A stretch of DNA of 64,000 bases from an uncultured delta proteobacterium (GCA_963708295.1 CAVPSJ010000004.1:448001-512000), one strand, 5' to 3'; shown: positions 9,367 through 20,677, numbered from the stretch's first letter. Notes: generated by a model not told the origin, from the letters alone. Numbers and translations are program-made.

Positions 9367-9742
9367 GAAGTGAAAATTTTTCTTCCTCCTGGAGACGTTG
9401 CCATCATCAGTAGAAATCGCCTGACTTCTTGGCAATTTTACGCCTATTTTCATGATAAGCCAACCTATTAAGAAAGGTAAATGGGGTCGAGCAAGTATTC
9501 TTTTGGCTAAAAACACCGTATTCTTGGTTCAAAACCTTTACGATATCGCTCTCATGCTGAGATTTTTTCAGCATCTCTCATTTTTGATAACCCATCGATC
9601 CAGGGACGAAGTGAGAACGAATATGAATCAACGAGTTCAGGATGACGATGACGGATGAGGGACGTTGATTATTGGTTTGAGCATCCACTGAGTTTGTGTT
9701 AATTTGGAGCGATGACAAAGCTCAGAAAGGAGGCTCACGGAT

Positions 9743-10225
9743 ATGTTTGAAACGATCAGATTCAAGCTCAATCGTAAACCGACGGTGATGACGATAGACG
9801 GAGAGCGAAAGCTTTTATGGGTGCTGCGTTCCGATTTTGGCCTCACCGGAACAAAGTATGGTTGCGGAGAGGGACTCTGCGGAGCCTGTACCGTCTTGAT
9901 TAACAACAAGGCGACCCGCTCGTGTCAGCTTCCGGTGAGAGAGATCAAAGGGAAAGAAGTGATCACCATTGAAGGGCTGGCGAGGGCCGGAAATCTCCAC
10001 CCGCTCCAGAAGGCCTTTATAGACCACGATGCCCTCCAATGCGGCTTTTGTACTCCGGGAATGATTCTGAGCGCCTATAGCCTGCTTCTGGAGAAGCCAA
10101 AACCTACGGAAGCAGAAATCATCGAGGGGATGAACGAAAACCTGTGCCGCTGTGGAGCTCACCTTCGGATTGTCCAGGCGATTCAACACGCCGCCCAGGA
10201 AATGGCGGGAGGAGGAAAAGGATGA
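9743..10225 (+). CDS. (2Fe-2S)-binding small subunit, IorA/CoxS family (module 1)
   Basis: GTKYGCGEGLCGACTV, SC, ALQCGFCTPG, NLCRCG. Confidence 0.95.
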   Translation: MFETIRFKLNRKPTVMTIDGERKLLWVLRSDFGLTGTKYGCGEGLCGACTVLINNKATRSCQLPVREIKGKEVITIEGLARAGNLHPLQKAFIDHDALQCGFCTPGMILSAYSLLLEKPKPTEAEIIEGMNENLCRCGAHLRIVQAIQHAAQEMAGGGKG

Positions 10226-12387
10226 AAGAAGAACAATCGTCCGAGCTGGAACGCAAAGATGGAGAGAATCGACTTCCCCTTAGCCGGCGCGAATTCCTCA
10301 AGGCTGTGGGCGGAGGAATTATCATCTTTTTTTCCGTGGAAGATCTAGCAGCCCAGGAGAGACGGCCACCCGGTTACCAGGATTTACCAACGGATTTCAA
10401 TTCCTTCCTCAGGATTGGAGTCGACGGCCGGGTCACTTGTTTCACAGGTAAGATTGAAATGGGGCAGGGCATTGTAACCTCCCTCGCCCAGATGCTGGCT
10501 GATGAACTCGATGTCCCTTTAGACGCAGTCGATATGACCCTGGGGAATACGGACCTCTGTCCCTGGGATATGGGGACCTTCGGATCGCGCACGACGCGAT
10601 TCTTTGGGCCTCCTTTAAGAGAAGCAGCCGCCGAGGCGAGGGCCATCCTGATTCAATTGGCTTCAGAGCGCCTGCATTTAAGTGAGAGCGAATTGACCGC
10701 CAAAGAAGGTGTCGTGATAGATAAAAATAACAGCGGAAACCGGGTCACCTACGCCGAACTCGCAAAGGGGAAGTCGATCGAAAAGCACTTGCTGAAGAAA
10801 CCTTCATTAAAGAACGTTTCAGAGTTTTTGATTGTCGGGAAACCGGCCCTCCGTCGAGATGCGCTGGAGAAGGTAACCGGAAAGGCAAAATATGCCGGTG
10901 ACATTCGAATCCCAGGCATGCTGCATGCGAAAATCTTGAGACCTCCGGTTCATGGGGCCAAGCTAAAAAGCCTGGATACATCGGCTCTTCAAGAGGATAA
11001 GGAGATCAAGCTCGTTCAGGAACGGGATCTTATCGCAGTGCTCCATCTATACCCTGACAGGGCTGAACAGGCTCTCTCCAAAATCAAAACCAACTTTGAC
11101 CTGCCGGAAGCCAACGTCGACCCAAAGACCATCTTCAAACACCTCTTGAGCGTAGCTCCGGAAGGAGAAATCGTCACGCAAGGGGGAGATGTCCGTGAGG
11201 GGGAGCGAGCTGCCCGGGAAGCTTTTGAGGCAACCTACCTGAATCATTACGTCGCCCATGCGACCATCGAGACCCACACCGCTCTTGTCAAAGTCGAGAA
11301 AGATCGCGTGACCGTCTGGGCATCGACGCAGCGGCCTTTCGGAGCCAAAGAGGAAGTGGCCCAGGCATTGGGGATCCCCTCCAAAAATGTCCAGGTCATC
11401 TCTCCTTTTGTGGGAGGCGGATTCGGCGGAAAGAGTCAGAACAGGCAGGTCGTGGAGGCGGCACGCCTTTCAAAACTGACGGGAAGACCTGTTCAGGTTG
11501 CCTGGAGCCGAGAAGAAGAGTTCTTTTATGACACCTTCCGGCCGGCGGCGATCGTAAAGATCAGATCCGGTGTGACAGAGGCAAGTCAGATCGCTTATTG
11601 GGATTTTGATGTTTATTTTGCCGGACCCCGGGGGGCAGAACAGTTTTATGATATCCCACATCACCGGGAACTGTCCCACGGACATTACACGGGCATTCCA
11701 GGGGCCCACCCCTTCGGGACAGGACCCTGGCGGGCGCCTGGAAGTAATACGAACACCTTTGCGAGAGAATCGCAAATCGATCTCATGGCCACGAATTTGA
11801 AAATGGACCCGCTCGAATTCCGTCTGAAGAACCTGAGTGATCAAAGGATGATTAAAGTCCTGAAGGCCGCGGCTGAAAAATTTGGCTGGGGAGCCTCACC
11901 ATCCCCGAGCGGTCTGGGCTTTGGTGTGGCCTGCGCTACCGATGCGGGTGCGTATGTTGCCACTATGGCCGAAGTCGAAGTGGATCAGGAAAGTGGAAAG
12001 GTTCGTGTGAAGCGGATCGTCTGTGCACAGGACATGGGGCTGGTGATCAATCCCGAGGGAGCCAGGATCCAGATGGAAGGGAGTCTGGTGATGGGGCTGG
12101 GGTATGCGTTGACGGAAGAGGTCCGCTTCAACGGCGGAAGAATTTTTGACCGCAACTTCGATACTTATGAGATTCCCCGTTTCTCTTGGCTGCCAAAGAT
12201 CGAGACCCTGCTGGTTGAAAATTCGGGATTTCCTCCGGCGGGCGGAGGAGAACCATCCATTGTCTGCATGGGCGGAGTCATCGCCAACGCCATTTTCGAC
12301 GCCACGGGAGTCCGGCTATTCGAGCTCCCCATGACTCCGGAACGGATTAAAAATGCCCTGACCGAAGCTAAGGCCAAAAAGGCTTAG
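10222..12387 (+). CDS. Molybdopterin-binding large subunit, IorB/aldehyde oxidoreductase family, Tat signal (module 1)
   Basis: LSRREFLK twin-arginine motif, KIEMGQG, GGGFGGK, WRAPG, GGGEP. ATGA overlap with the small subunit. Confidence 0.93.
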   Translation: MKEEQSSELERKDGENRLPLSRREFLKAVGGGIIIFFSVEDLAAQERRPPGYQDLPTDFNSFLRIGVDGRVTCFTGKIEMGQGIVTSLAQMLADELDVPLDAVDMTLGNTDLCPWDMGTFGSRTTRFFGPPLREAAAEARAILIQLASERLHLSESELTAKEGVVIDKNNSGNRVTYAELAKGKSIEKHLLKKPSLKNVSEFLIVGKPALRRDALEKVTGKAKYAGDIRIPGMLHAKILRPPVHGAKLKSLDTSALQEDKEIKLVQERDLIAVLHLYPDRAEQALSKIKTNFDLPEANVDPKTIFKHLLSVAPEGEIVTQGGDVREGERAAREAFEATYLNHYVAHATIETHTALVKVEKDRVTVWASTQRPFGAKEEVAQALGIPSKNVQVISPFVGGGFGGKSQNRQVVEAARLSKLTGRPVQVAWSREEEFFYDTFRPAAIVKIRSGVTEASQIAYWDFDVYFAGPRGAEQFYDIPHHRELSHGHYTGIPGAHPFGTGPWRAPGSNTNTFARESQIDLMATNLKMDPLEFRLKNLSDQRMIKVLKAAAEKFGWGASPSPSGLGFGVACATDAGAYVATMAEVEVDQESGKVRVKRIVCAQDMGLVINPEGARIQMEGSLVMGLGYALTEEVRFNGGRIFDRNFDTYEIPRFSWLPKIETLLVENSGFPPAGGGEPSIVCMGGVIANAIFDATGVRLFELPMTPERIKNALTEAKAKKA

Positions 12388-12410
12388 GGAGTTGGGCTTT
12401 AAAATTTCAC

Positions 12411-12440
12411 TTGACTAAGCCAGATTGTTATATGTAGAAT
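12411..12440 (+). promoter_or_regulatory. Possible sigma70 promoter for module 2
   Basis: TTGACT-N18-TAGAAT, about 220 nt upstream of the ATG at 12663. Confidence 0.4.
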
Positions 12441-12662
12441 TTATCCGTTTTCGTATGCTGTAATCCTTAACTTCGCACATCACATCATCTTAAACTTCTG
12501 GTTTCACTCATGGAAAGGGATGGCCAGAAGAAGTCGATACCAGACCTCCGGGGAAGAGATACCCCGAAGACTTCTTGCGATATTCGGAACCCAAACCCTG
12601 ATTGAGGGTGTACAACCCGAAGCGTGGGGGAATTGCCTACCAGTACAAGAAAGGAGGATATC

Positions 12663-13121
12663 ATGATTTCTCTCAATGTCAACGGCAAGAACTACAAGGT
12701 AGATGTCTCAGAGGATGTGCCCCTCCTCTGGGTTATCAGAGACTATTTGAAACTCACGGGCACCAAGTTTGGTTGTGGGATCGGAGAATGCGGCGCATGC
12801 ACGGTTCATATCGATGGCAAGGCAGAGAGGTCCTGCGGGATTCCTGTTGGGAAAGCCCAGGGCAAAAAGATTACCACCATCGAAGGGCTTCCTGAAAATC
12901 ATCCTGTCAAGAGGGCGTGGATCAAGGAACAGGTTGTCCAGTGCGGTTATTGCCAGCCCGGGATCATGATGCAGGTGGCTGCCCTTATCTCATCAAAGCC
13001 CAAACCCAGCGCGGATCAGGTCATCAGCGCCATGGATGACGTCATCTGCCGATGCGGGACTCATCCCCGTATTAAACGCGGCATAAAAGCCGCTTTAGAC
13101 ATCATGAGAAAGGAGGGTTGA
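12663..13121 (+). CDS. (2Fe-2S)-binding small subunit, IorA family (module 2)
   Basis: GTKFGCGIGECGACTV, VVQCGYCQPG, ICRCG. RBS AAGGAGG. Confidence 0.95.
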   Translation: MISLNVNGKNYKVDVSEDVPLLWVIRDYLKLTGTKFGCGIGECGACTVHIDGKAERSCGIPVGKAQGKKITTIEGLPENHPVKRAWIKEQVVQCGYCQPGIMMQVAALISSKPKPSADQVISAMDDVICRCGTHPRIKRGIKAALDIMRKEG

Positions 13122-13124
13122 GCC

Positions 13125-15309
13125 ATGATGAATAAACCTATCTCACGACGCTCATTTTTGAAGATGACAGGTCTGACCATCGCAGTCTCCGCAACACCTT
13201 TCGGTTACGATGTTATAAACGCCTCCGCTCAGAAAGAAGGCTCCTTCAAACCCAATGTGTGGTTTGAGATAACGCCTAACAATAGGATCACAATGACGAT
13301 GGGACCCTCTGAGATGGGGCAAGGAACCCATACCGCACTGGGCATGGTCATCGCCGACGAGCTGGAAGCAGACTGGAAGCAGGTCCGTATCGTCCAGGGA
13401 CCGGCCAGCGATGCATTTAAAAACCCCGCCATGGGCGACCAGATCACTGTGGCAAGCGCAAGTGTGAGGGGGTTCTATGAACCTTTACGAAAAGCAGGGG
13501 CCGCGGGGAGAGCCATGCTTGTCACCGCTGCTGCTCAGACTTGGAAGGTGCCGGAAGGGGAGTGCACCGCTCTCAACGGGACGGTGAAACATAAAAAGAG
13601 TAATCGCAGCCTCACCTACGGCCAGCTATGTCTGAGTGCCGCCAAACTTCAGATTCCAAAGGAGCCCCGCCTCAAGAATGAAAGCGAGTTCAAGTACATC
13701 GGTAAACCCATGCCCCGTGTGGACATACCTGAGAAAGTTGCCGGCAAATCGATTTACGGCCTTGATGTTAAAGTTCCGGAGATGCTGTACGGGGTGATCG
13801 CCCGTCCATCGGCGTACGGAGCAAAACCTGTTTCCTTTGATCAGAAGGCAGCGGAAGGCGTCAAGGGGGTGCGGAACGTCGTTCCTACCCCGATGGGTAT
13901 TATCGTATGCGCGGAAACCCTGGATGCGGCGTGGAAAGGTCGAAACGCACTCAAAGTGCAGTGGGACAAGGGAACCCATCCTCAGATGGATAATGATTTT
14001 ATTGAAAAGACTTTTATGGAGGACCTGGATAAGCCAGGGTCTGCCGCCGCAAAAGTGGGGGATGCCCAGAAGGCTCTGGGTGAAGCTCAAAAAAAGGTCG
14101 AGGCCACCTACTTCGTCCCCTTTGTCGCCCATACCACGATGGAACCAATGAACTGCACGGCCCATGTGCAAAAGGATCGGTGCGACGTATGGGTTCCCAC
14201 ACAAGCTCAGCTGGTCTCCCGGATGCTCGCTGCACAATTCGCTGAATTGCCACCCGAGAAGGTCCAGATCCATACCACTCTGGTTGGCTGCGGGCTCGGC
14301 AGACGCGCTGCTCCGGATTTTGTAATCGAAGCGGTCGTGGCTTCAAAGGTCGCTGGAAAGCCGGTGAAGCTCGTTTGGACGAGAGAAGAGGACATCAAGT
14401 ATGATCTTTTTCGCGCTGCAACATGCCAGAGAGTTCAGGCGGGTCTCGACAGTCAAGGCCGTCTGATCGGCTGGTCCCATAAGGCCGTCGCTGGCTCCAT
14501 TATGAAGGATATTGACCCAAAAGGGATCATCAATGGAGTTGATATTATGAGCCTATGGGGACTCTTAGATTTTCCCGGTGCGCCAACGAATAATAGAATC
14601 ATGTATGAGATACCAAATTTCTACGTTGAATTCCTGCTGTCCAATCTCCCCATCCCTGTTTGTCCTTGGCGCGCCGTCCAGAATGGCCCCAATGCTTTTG
14701 TGATAGAGTGTTTCGTGGACGAAGTGGCCCATGCGGCCGCCAAAGATCCTCTGGAGTTCCGTTTGCAGCACTTAAAGAACAATATGCGTCCCCGAAGGGT
14801 CCTCGAAACGGTAGCCGAGAAGGCGGGGTGGGGAAAACCCTTAATGAAGGGACAGGGTCGCGGTATTGCCCAGCACTGCTGTTTTGGAAGTTACGTTGCT
14901 CAGGTTGCGGAGGTTTCTGTGAACGAGGGGAACGGAACCGTCAAGGTCAATCGGATCGTTGCTGCTGTTGATTGCGGCCCCTTTGTCAATCCAGACACGA
15001 TCAAAGCTCAAATCGAAGGAGCGGATTATAGAAGCTTTAAGCACTACGTTGAAAGAAGAAGTCATGTTTTCCAACGGTGGGGTTAAATCAGAAAACTTCG
15101 ATGATTACAAAATAATTAGGATGAGTGAGATTCCTGAAATAGAAGTTCATATTGTGAAGAGCACGGAACCAATCGGAGGGATCGGCGAGCCCGGTGTGCC
15201 CCCCTTGGCTCCCGCTGTGGCAAACGCAGTCTTTAATGCCACGGGTGCTCGCGTCAGGCGTATTCCCTTGACCCCACAAAGGGTTTTGGCCGCAATTCAA
15301 AAAAAGTGA
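13125..15309 (+). CDS. Molybdopterin-binding large subunit, IorB family, Tat signal (module 2), frameshift near 15020
   Basis: [26 protein letters not shown]. The C-terminus ([24 protein letters not shown]) continues in the 14959..15309 frame. Confidence 0.9.
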
Positions 15310-15326
15310 GAGTATAAGACGTCCCA

Positions 15327-15356
15327 GAGAGCCCCGCCCCGTGGGCGGGGCTCTTT
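15327..15356 (+). terminator. Hairpin terminator after module 2
   Basis: AGAGCCCCGCCC-CGT-GGGCGGGGCTCT followed by a short T tract. Confidence 0.65.
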
Positions 15357-15450
15357 ACCCCGTTAGGAATAATGCGCCGCTGCTCTGCAGCGAGATTGCA
15401 TTTTGAATAATCCCAAGGGGGGAAAGCTCCACTGGAATTCCTAACGGGGT
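15357..15450. mobile_element. 94-bp MITE-like element with perfect 14-bp terminal inverted repeats
   Basis: ACCCCGTTAGGAAT (15357-15370) ... ATTCCTAACGGGGT (15437-15450). No ORF. Confidence 0.7.
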
Positions 15451-15681
15451 TTACTTATCCCGAGTTGATTGATCTGCAATGGCGCTCCGGCCTCATCATC
15501 GATCCTGCCTTTGGCATCCGCCTTTTATCCTCGTTCCTCCTGGTGGCGAAGTCCTTACCGTAATCAGAATTTTCCTTGACAACGATACAGGCGATTGGTA
15601 ATAGTAATACCGTTTTGGGTCGGCTCACCACACCCAAGGGATAGATTTGGCCATTACGATAAACGAAGGAAGGAGGACATC

Positions 15682-16143
15682 ATGATTTCTCTCAATGTCA
15701 ACGGCAAGAACTATGCGGTAGATGTCTCGGATGACGTACCCCTGCTCTGGGTTTTGAGAGACCATCTGAAACTCATGGGCACCAAGTATGGTTGCGGGAT
15801 CGGAGAATGTGGCTCATGCACGGTCCATATTAACGGCAAGGCAGAGAGGTCTTGCGGGATCTCGGTGAAGGAAGCAACCGGGAAGAAAATTATCACCATC
15901 GAAGGGCTTCCTGAAAATCATCCGGTGAAAAGAGCCTGGATCGAGGAACAGGTTGTCCAGTGCGGTTACTGCCAGCCCGGGGTCATGATGCAGGTGGCCG
16001 CTCTCCTTTCTGAGAAGCCCACTCCAACGGCAGATCAAATCATCAGCAAAATGGACAACGTGATCTGCCGGTGCGGGACCTATCTGCGCATGAAAAAGGG
16101 TATCAAAACCGCTGTTCAGATGACGAGAAAGGAGGGCAAATAA
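15682..16143 (+). CDS. (2Fe-2S)-binding small subunit, IorA family (module 3)
   Basis: Near-duplicate of 12663..13121 (MISLNVNGKNY, ITIEGLPENHPVKRAWI, VVQCGYCQPG). Confidence 0.95.
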   Translation: MISLNVNGKNYAVDVSDDVPLLWVLRDHLKLMGTKYGCGIGECGSCTVHINGKAERSCGISVKEATGKKIITIEGLPENHPVKRAWIEEQVVQCGYCQPGVMMQVAALLSEKPTPTADQIISKMDNVICRCGTYLRMKKGIKTAVQMTRKEGK

Positions 16144-16145
16144 CC

Positions 16146-18347
16146 ATGAACCCGACCATATCACGTCGTTCATTTTTGAAAATAACAGGCCTGACGATAG
16201 GGGTCTCCGTCACCCCTTTTGGATACACCCTTCTCAATGCCGCTGAGAAAAGGGATTTCAACCCCAATGCATGGCTGCACATTACCTCGGACAACAAGGT
16301 AACCATATACATCGGCCAGTCCGAGATGGGCCAGGGCGTGCTGACCTCCCAATCCATGATCATTGCAGACGAACTGGAGGCGGATTGGAAGAAGGTCCAG
16401 ATCAAGCAGGGTGCGGCATTGGAAGGATTCAAGAGCCCCCTCTTTAAGGCCCAGATTACGGTGGCAAGCCAGAGCATGAGAGGGTTTTACGAGCCGCTGC
16501 GAAAGGCGGGTGCCGCAGGCAGGGCGATGCTCGTTAAGGCTGCGGCGGAAACCTGGAAGGTCCCTGAAAGTGAATGCAAGGGCGTGCTGGGGACCGTGAA
16601 GCACGAAAAGAGCAAACGCAGTCTCACCTATGGCCAGCTTTGCGAGAAGGCATCCAGGCTTGAAGTGCCTCAGAACCCTCCCCTCAAGAAGGAGGAAGAA
16701 TTCAGATATATGGGCAAGCCCATGCCCCGTGTGGATGTTCCGGAAAAAGTGAGAGGTAAAGCAATCTATGGTCTCGATGTCAACGATGGGAATGTCAAGG
16801 AACTGAAGGGAATGCTTTATGCGGTTATCGCCAAACCACCTGCCTACGGCGCAAAGCCTGTTTCCTTTGACCAAGCCGCTGCGGAAATGGTCAAAGGCGT
16901 GGTCAAGGTCATGCCGATTCCTATGGGGATTGCCGTATGCGCTACGTCCACCTACGCCGCGCTGAAGGGGAGGGATGCCCTCAAGGTACAGTGGGACAAC
17001 GGAAAGATCCCCGACCTGGACGATCAGTATGTTGAGAAGACTCTGCTAGGAGACCTCGACAAGCCGGGTCCTAAAGTCCACGAACTAGGGGATGTGAAAA
17101 AAGCCCTGGCTGAAGCACCGAAGAAGTTGGAGGCAACCTACTATGTCCCCACTGTAGCCCACGCCACCATGGAGCCCATGAATTGCACGGCCTGGGTTCA
17201 GAAAGACCGCTGCGACGTCTGGGCTTCCACACAGGGCCAGACAGGTGACCATGAGCTGGCTACAAAGATCTCCGGCTTGCCTCCGGAGAAAGTCTTCATC
17301 CACACGACCTTTCTCGGTTGCGGGTTGGGCAGACGTACCAGGCCCGATCGTGTACCCGAGGCCGTAACCATCTCGAAGGCCCTCGGAAAACCGGTCAAGG
17401 TGACGTGGACGCGCGAAGAAGACTTCAAATACGACTGGTTTCGCGCTCCCATTGCTCACCGGATTCAGGGCGGCGTGGATGCCCAGGGTCAGTTGGTCGC
17501 CTGGTCCCACAAAGGCGCGAGTATTTCCATCACGAAGAGCGTCAACCCCGCTGCTGAGCTGAAAGGCGGGATTGACTGGTATATGCTGTGGGGTCTATGG
17601 ATGGGGCCAACGGAGCCGCTCCAATGGAACACCAAGATCCAGTATGAAATACCGAACTTCTACATCGAATTTAACCTGTCCGATCTTCCCATACCCACCT
17701 GTCCATGGCGCTCGGTCGTGGTTGCTCAGCACGCTTTTGCGATAGAGAGTTTCATGGATGAGTTGGCCAGCGCCGCCGGTAAGGATCCTCTCGAGTTCCG
17801 GCTCCAGAGCCTGAAGAACAACAAGCGGGCCAGCCGCGTGCTCGAGACCGTGGCGGAGAAGGCCGGGTGGGGCAAGCCCATCCCTCAAGGTCAAGGCCGG
17901 GGTATTGCCCAGGCAGCCTGCTTCGGCTCCTGGGTCGCGCACGTGGTGGACCTCTCGGTGGACAAGAGTACCGGCAAGATCAAGGTTCATAAGGTTTTTG
18001 TGGCCGTCGATTGCGGACCGGTGATCAATCCCGGGCCCCTTGTAGAGCAAATGGAATCCGGGATCATGATGGGTCTGAGCACGGCACTGAAAGAGCAGGT
18101 CAAGTTTGCCAAGGGCGGCGTGGCCACGTCGAATTACGACGACTACCCCATCCTCCGGATGAGTGAAGCGCCCGAGATCGAGGTTCACATGGTAAAAAGT
18201 ACCGATAAGATCGGCGGCATCGGCGAGCCCGGTGTCCCGCCCCTAGCGCCTGCCGTTGCGAACGCGGTCTTTAACGCGACGGGGGTGCGAATCAGGCGTA
18301 TTCCCATGACCCCGGAAATAGTACTGGCTGCGCTCAAGAACAAGTGA
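16146..18347 (+). CDS. Molybdopterin-binding large subunit, IorB family, Tat signal (module 3)
   Basis: [33 protein letters not shown]. Paralog of module 2. Confidence 0.95.
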   Translation: MNPTISRRSFLKITGLTIGVSVTPFGYTLLNAAEKRDFNPNAWLHITSDNKVTIYIGQSEMGQGVLTSQSMIIADELEADWKKVQIKQGAALEGFKSPLFKAQITVASQSMRGFYEPLRKAGAAGRAMLVKAAAETWKVPESECKGVLGTVKHEKSKRSLTYGQLCEKASRLEVPQNPPLKKEEEFRYMGKPMPRVDVPEKVRGKAIYGLDVNDGNVKELKGMLYAVIAKPPAYGAKPVSFDQAAAEMVKGVVKVMPIPMGIAVCATSTYAALKGRDALKVQWDNGKIPDLDDQYVEKTLLGDLDKPGPKVHELGDVKKALAEAPKKLEATYYVPTVAHATMEPMNCTAWVQKDRCDVWASTQGQTGDHELATKISGLPPEKVFIHTTFLGCGLGRRTRPDRVPEAVTISKALGKPVKVTWTREEDFKYDWFRAPIAHRIQGGVDAQGQLVAWSHKGASISITKSVNPAAELKGGIDWYMLWGLWMGPTEPLQWNTKIQYEIPNFYIEFNLSDLPIPTCPWRSVVVAQHAFAIESFMDELASAAGKDPLEFRLQSLKNNKRASRVLETVAEKAGWGKPIPQGQGRGIAQAACFGSWVAHVVDLSVDKSTGKIKVHKVFVAVDCGPVINPGPLVEQMESGIMMGLSTALKEQVKFAKGGVATSNYDDYPILRMSEAPEIEVHMVKSTDKIGGIGEPGVPPLAPAVANAVFNATGVRIRRIPMTPEIVLAALKNK

Positions 18348-18455
18348 GGATGTAAGGAATAAAGATACCCTTAAATGGCAGGAGGTTTTATCGCGGGGAT
18401 TGACTTCGGCCCAATTCTGGGAAACCGGATTAAGAGATTAACCAAGGATGTTTGA

Positions 18456-18516
18456 AATTTACCCTGCCCCTCCCTTTCCCCAGTGGGGAGAGGGAGGGGG
18501 TGAAGGGGGTAAAATT
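18456..18516. repeat. G/C-skewed REP-like hairpin
   Basis: CCCCTCCCTTTCCCCA-G-TGGGGAGAGGGAGGGG flanked by AATTTACCC/GGGTAAAATT. Confidence 0.6.
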
Positions 18517-18627
18517 GGGGGCGGTAGTTCTAAGTTTCAGATCGTGAAACTGAAAACATAGATCATCGCCCCTTTTCTTTGTCATGAGAAAAACAGGCCT
18601 TTCCAATTCCTCGGGAAACTCACTTGT

Positions 18628-19386
18628 ATGAAACCAGTGGGGATTTCAGCAGAATATAATACGGCAGAGAAATTAATCATTGCTCATCGTGGCGCCTCAA
18701 GCGACGCAAAAGAGAATACGATCGAATCGTTTAAGAAAGCCATGCTTTTAGGCGCCGACATGCTCGAGTTCGATGTGAGAAGAACGAAAGACAATGTCTT
18801 GATTGTCTACCATGACGAAATGATTCAAGGCGATTCCGTCAAAGATCTAACCTATGGAGCAATCAGCCAAACGGCCAGGAATCAGGGGTTTGACATTCCA
18901 ACGGTGGAAGAGGTTTTGAAGTGGGCACGGGGAAAGATAAAACTGGATGTCGAACTAAAGGAAGAGGGCTATGAAAAAGAAATCGTAGAATTAGTACTCG
19001 GCTATTTTGAAGAAGACCGATTTGTCATGACCTCATTCAACGACGCTTCGTTAGCGGTTATTAAAGAGCGATATCCTGACATCAAAGCGGGCCTAATCTT
19101 AGGAAGAAAAATTCCGTCCACCCATATTCGGACCCGATTCCAAGAGTTATTCCCAATGAAAAGGTGTAAGGACGCTAAAGCAGATTTCCTGGTGGGCCAT
19201 TTGAAATTGTTGCGGGCTGGTTTCTTGGAAAGAGCTCGAAGAAATCACCTTCCCGTCTTCGTTTGGACGGTGAACGACGAAGAGACGATCTGGAAATTGC
19301 TTCATGACAGAAGAGTCTACGCCATCATCACAGACAAGCCGGATTTGGCTGTTTCGTTACGAAAAAAAGCACTTCCATGCTCGTAG
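18628..19386 (+). CDS. Glycerophosphodiester phosphodiesterase (GDPD family)
   Basis: IIAHRGAS, ENTIESF, EFDVRRTKD, VYHD, DVELKE, VWTVND, IITDKPD. Confidence 0.93.
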   Translation: MKPVGISAEYNTAEKLIIAHRGASSDAKENTIESFKKAMLLGADMLEFDVRRTKDNVLIVYHDEMIQGDSVKDLTYGAISQTARNQGFDIPTVEEVLKWARGKIKLDVELKEEGYEKEIVELVLGYFEEDRFVMTSFNDASLAVIKERYPDIKAGLILGRKIPSTHIRTRFQELFPMKRCKDAKADFLVGHLKLLRAGFLERARRNHLPVFVWTVNDEETIWKLLHDRRVYAIITDKPDLAVSLRKKALPCS

Positions 19387-19535
19387 TGTCTCTGAAGAGT
19401 CCCGCGGGATGCCGGGTAATTACGCTTCTAGTCTCTGATTCATTTCGACAAAAGATAAAGCTGTTTCTCACCTAAAATGTTATACTTGGATTTGATTGAA
19501 ATCAAACGATACGATTTGAACAGGAGGTACATTCA

Positions 19536-19910
19536 ATGAGACGATCCTCTTCAAAGGCGTTGCTGGGTATTCTGTTGGTTTCGACTATTGTTCTGGCCGG
19601 GTTCGCGATTTGTGCGGCTGCGGAGACTACCATTGAAGAGATTATGAATAAGGGAGATTCCTACGAGGGCAGGACGGTCTCGGTGACGGGAACTGTTTCA
19701 AACCTAAAATTCAGGGCGTTGGAGGTCGGGAATAACTACACGACGTTTATGCTCGCCAGCAAATCTGGAGGTCGTATCAAGGTTTTTTCCTGGGGAAAGT
19801 TGACACTCAAAGCAGGGCAAAAAGTTCAGGTCACGGGCGTCTATCGAAAGGTCAGCAAAGCTGGCCCTCGCTATTTTTATAACCAAATCGTGGCGTCGGA
19901 TGTGAAGTGA
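19536..19910 (+). CDS. Secreted small OB-fold-like protein (paralog of 1960..2352)
   Basis: Signal peptide, then AAETTIEEI...YEGRTVSVTGTV...GQKVQVTGVYRKV. RBS AGGAGG. Confidence 0.75.
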   Translation: MRRSSSKALLGILLVSTIVLAGFAICAAAETTIEEIMNKGDSYEGRTVSVTGTVSNLKFRALEVGNNYTTFMLASKSGGRIKVFSWGKLTLKAGQKVQVTGVYRKVSKAGPRYFYNQIVASDVK

Positions 19911-20677
19911 ATGAGAGAGCAGAAGAAATATCTTGGAGGGGAGGCCCTCACTTGTTACATCTTGAAGAAATTAGATTGTTGACCGAGCAATTTCCCACCA
20001 GGGATCATTATCCGTTCAACATTGACGTGCTTCAACAAACGCGAACGATCCAATTTCCCACGCCTGTCACCTTTTTTATCGGGGAAAATGGCTCAGGGAA
20101 AACCACCCTGCTCGAAGCACTTGCCCGAAGGTGCCATATACACATCTGGAGTGGAATTGAAAGAACCCGTTGTACCATGAATCCTTATGAGGAGAGGCTT
20201 TTCCTATATATCGAAGTCAAATGGACGGATGGCATTGTCCCAGGTTCCTTTTTCTCATCACAAATCTTTCATAATTTTGCCCAACTGGTAGACGAATGGG
20301 AAGCAGACAATCCTGGACAGATCGATTATTTCGGAGGAAAATCTCTGATTGCCCAATCTCACGGACAGTCTATCCTGTCCTTTTTCAAATCTCGTTACAA
20401 GATCAAAGGACTCTACCTCTTAGACGAACCCGAAACAGCCCTTTCACCCAGGAGCCAGTTAGAGCTTTTGAAGCTCCTTCAGGAGATGAGCGCCCTGGGG
20501 CATGCACAATTCGTCATCGCCACACATTCGCCGATTCTCTTAGCTTGCCCTGGGTCTATCATCTACAGTTTTGATGCCCCTCCGGTCAAAACGATCCGGT
20601 ATGAAGATACGGAATACTACCGGATTTATAAGACCTTCATGGAAAACCCCAGCCGGTATTTCAAAGAAGAAAAATGA
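19907..20677 (+). CDS. Stand-alone ABC-type/AAA_21 predicted ATPase (COG3910-like)
   Basis: Walker A GENGSGKTT, QSHGQS signature, LYLLDEPETALSP, FVIATHSPILLA. Confidence 0.88.
   Translation: MNERAEEISWRGGPHLLHLEEIRLLTEQFPTRDHYPFNIDVLQQTRTIQFPTPVTFFIGENGSGKTTLLEALARRCHIHIWSGIERTRCTMNPYEERLFLYIEVKWTDGIVPGSFFSSQIFHNFAQLVDEWEADNPGQIDYFGGKSLIAQSHGQSILSFFKSRYKIKGLYLLDEPETALSPRSQLELLKLLQEMSALGHAQFVIATHSPILLACPGSIIYSFDAPPVKTIRYEDTEYYRIYKTFMENPSRYFKEEK

Noticed and set aside
19907-20677. Defence-system ATPase (AbiEii/Septu/PARIS-like)
   Set aside because: There is no adjacent nuclease or toxin partner, and the motifs fit the stand-alone COG3910 family.
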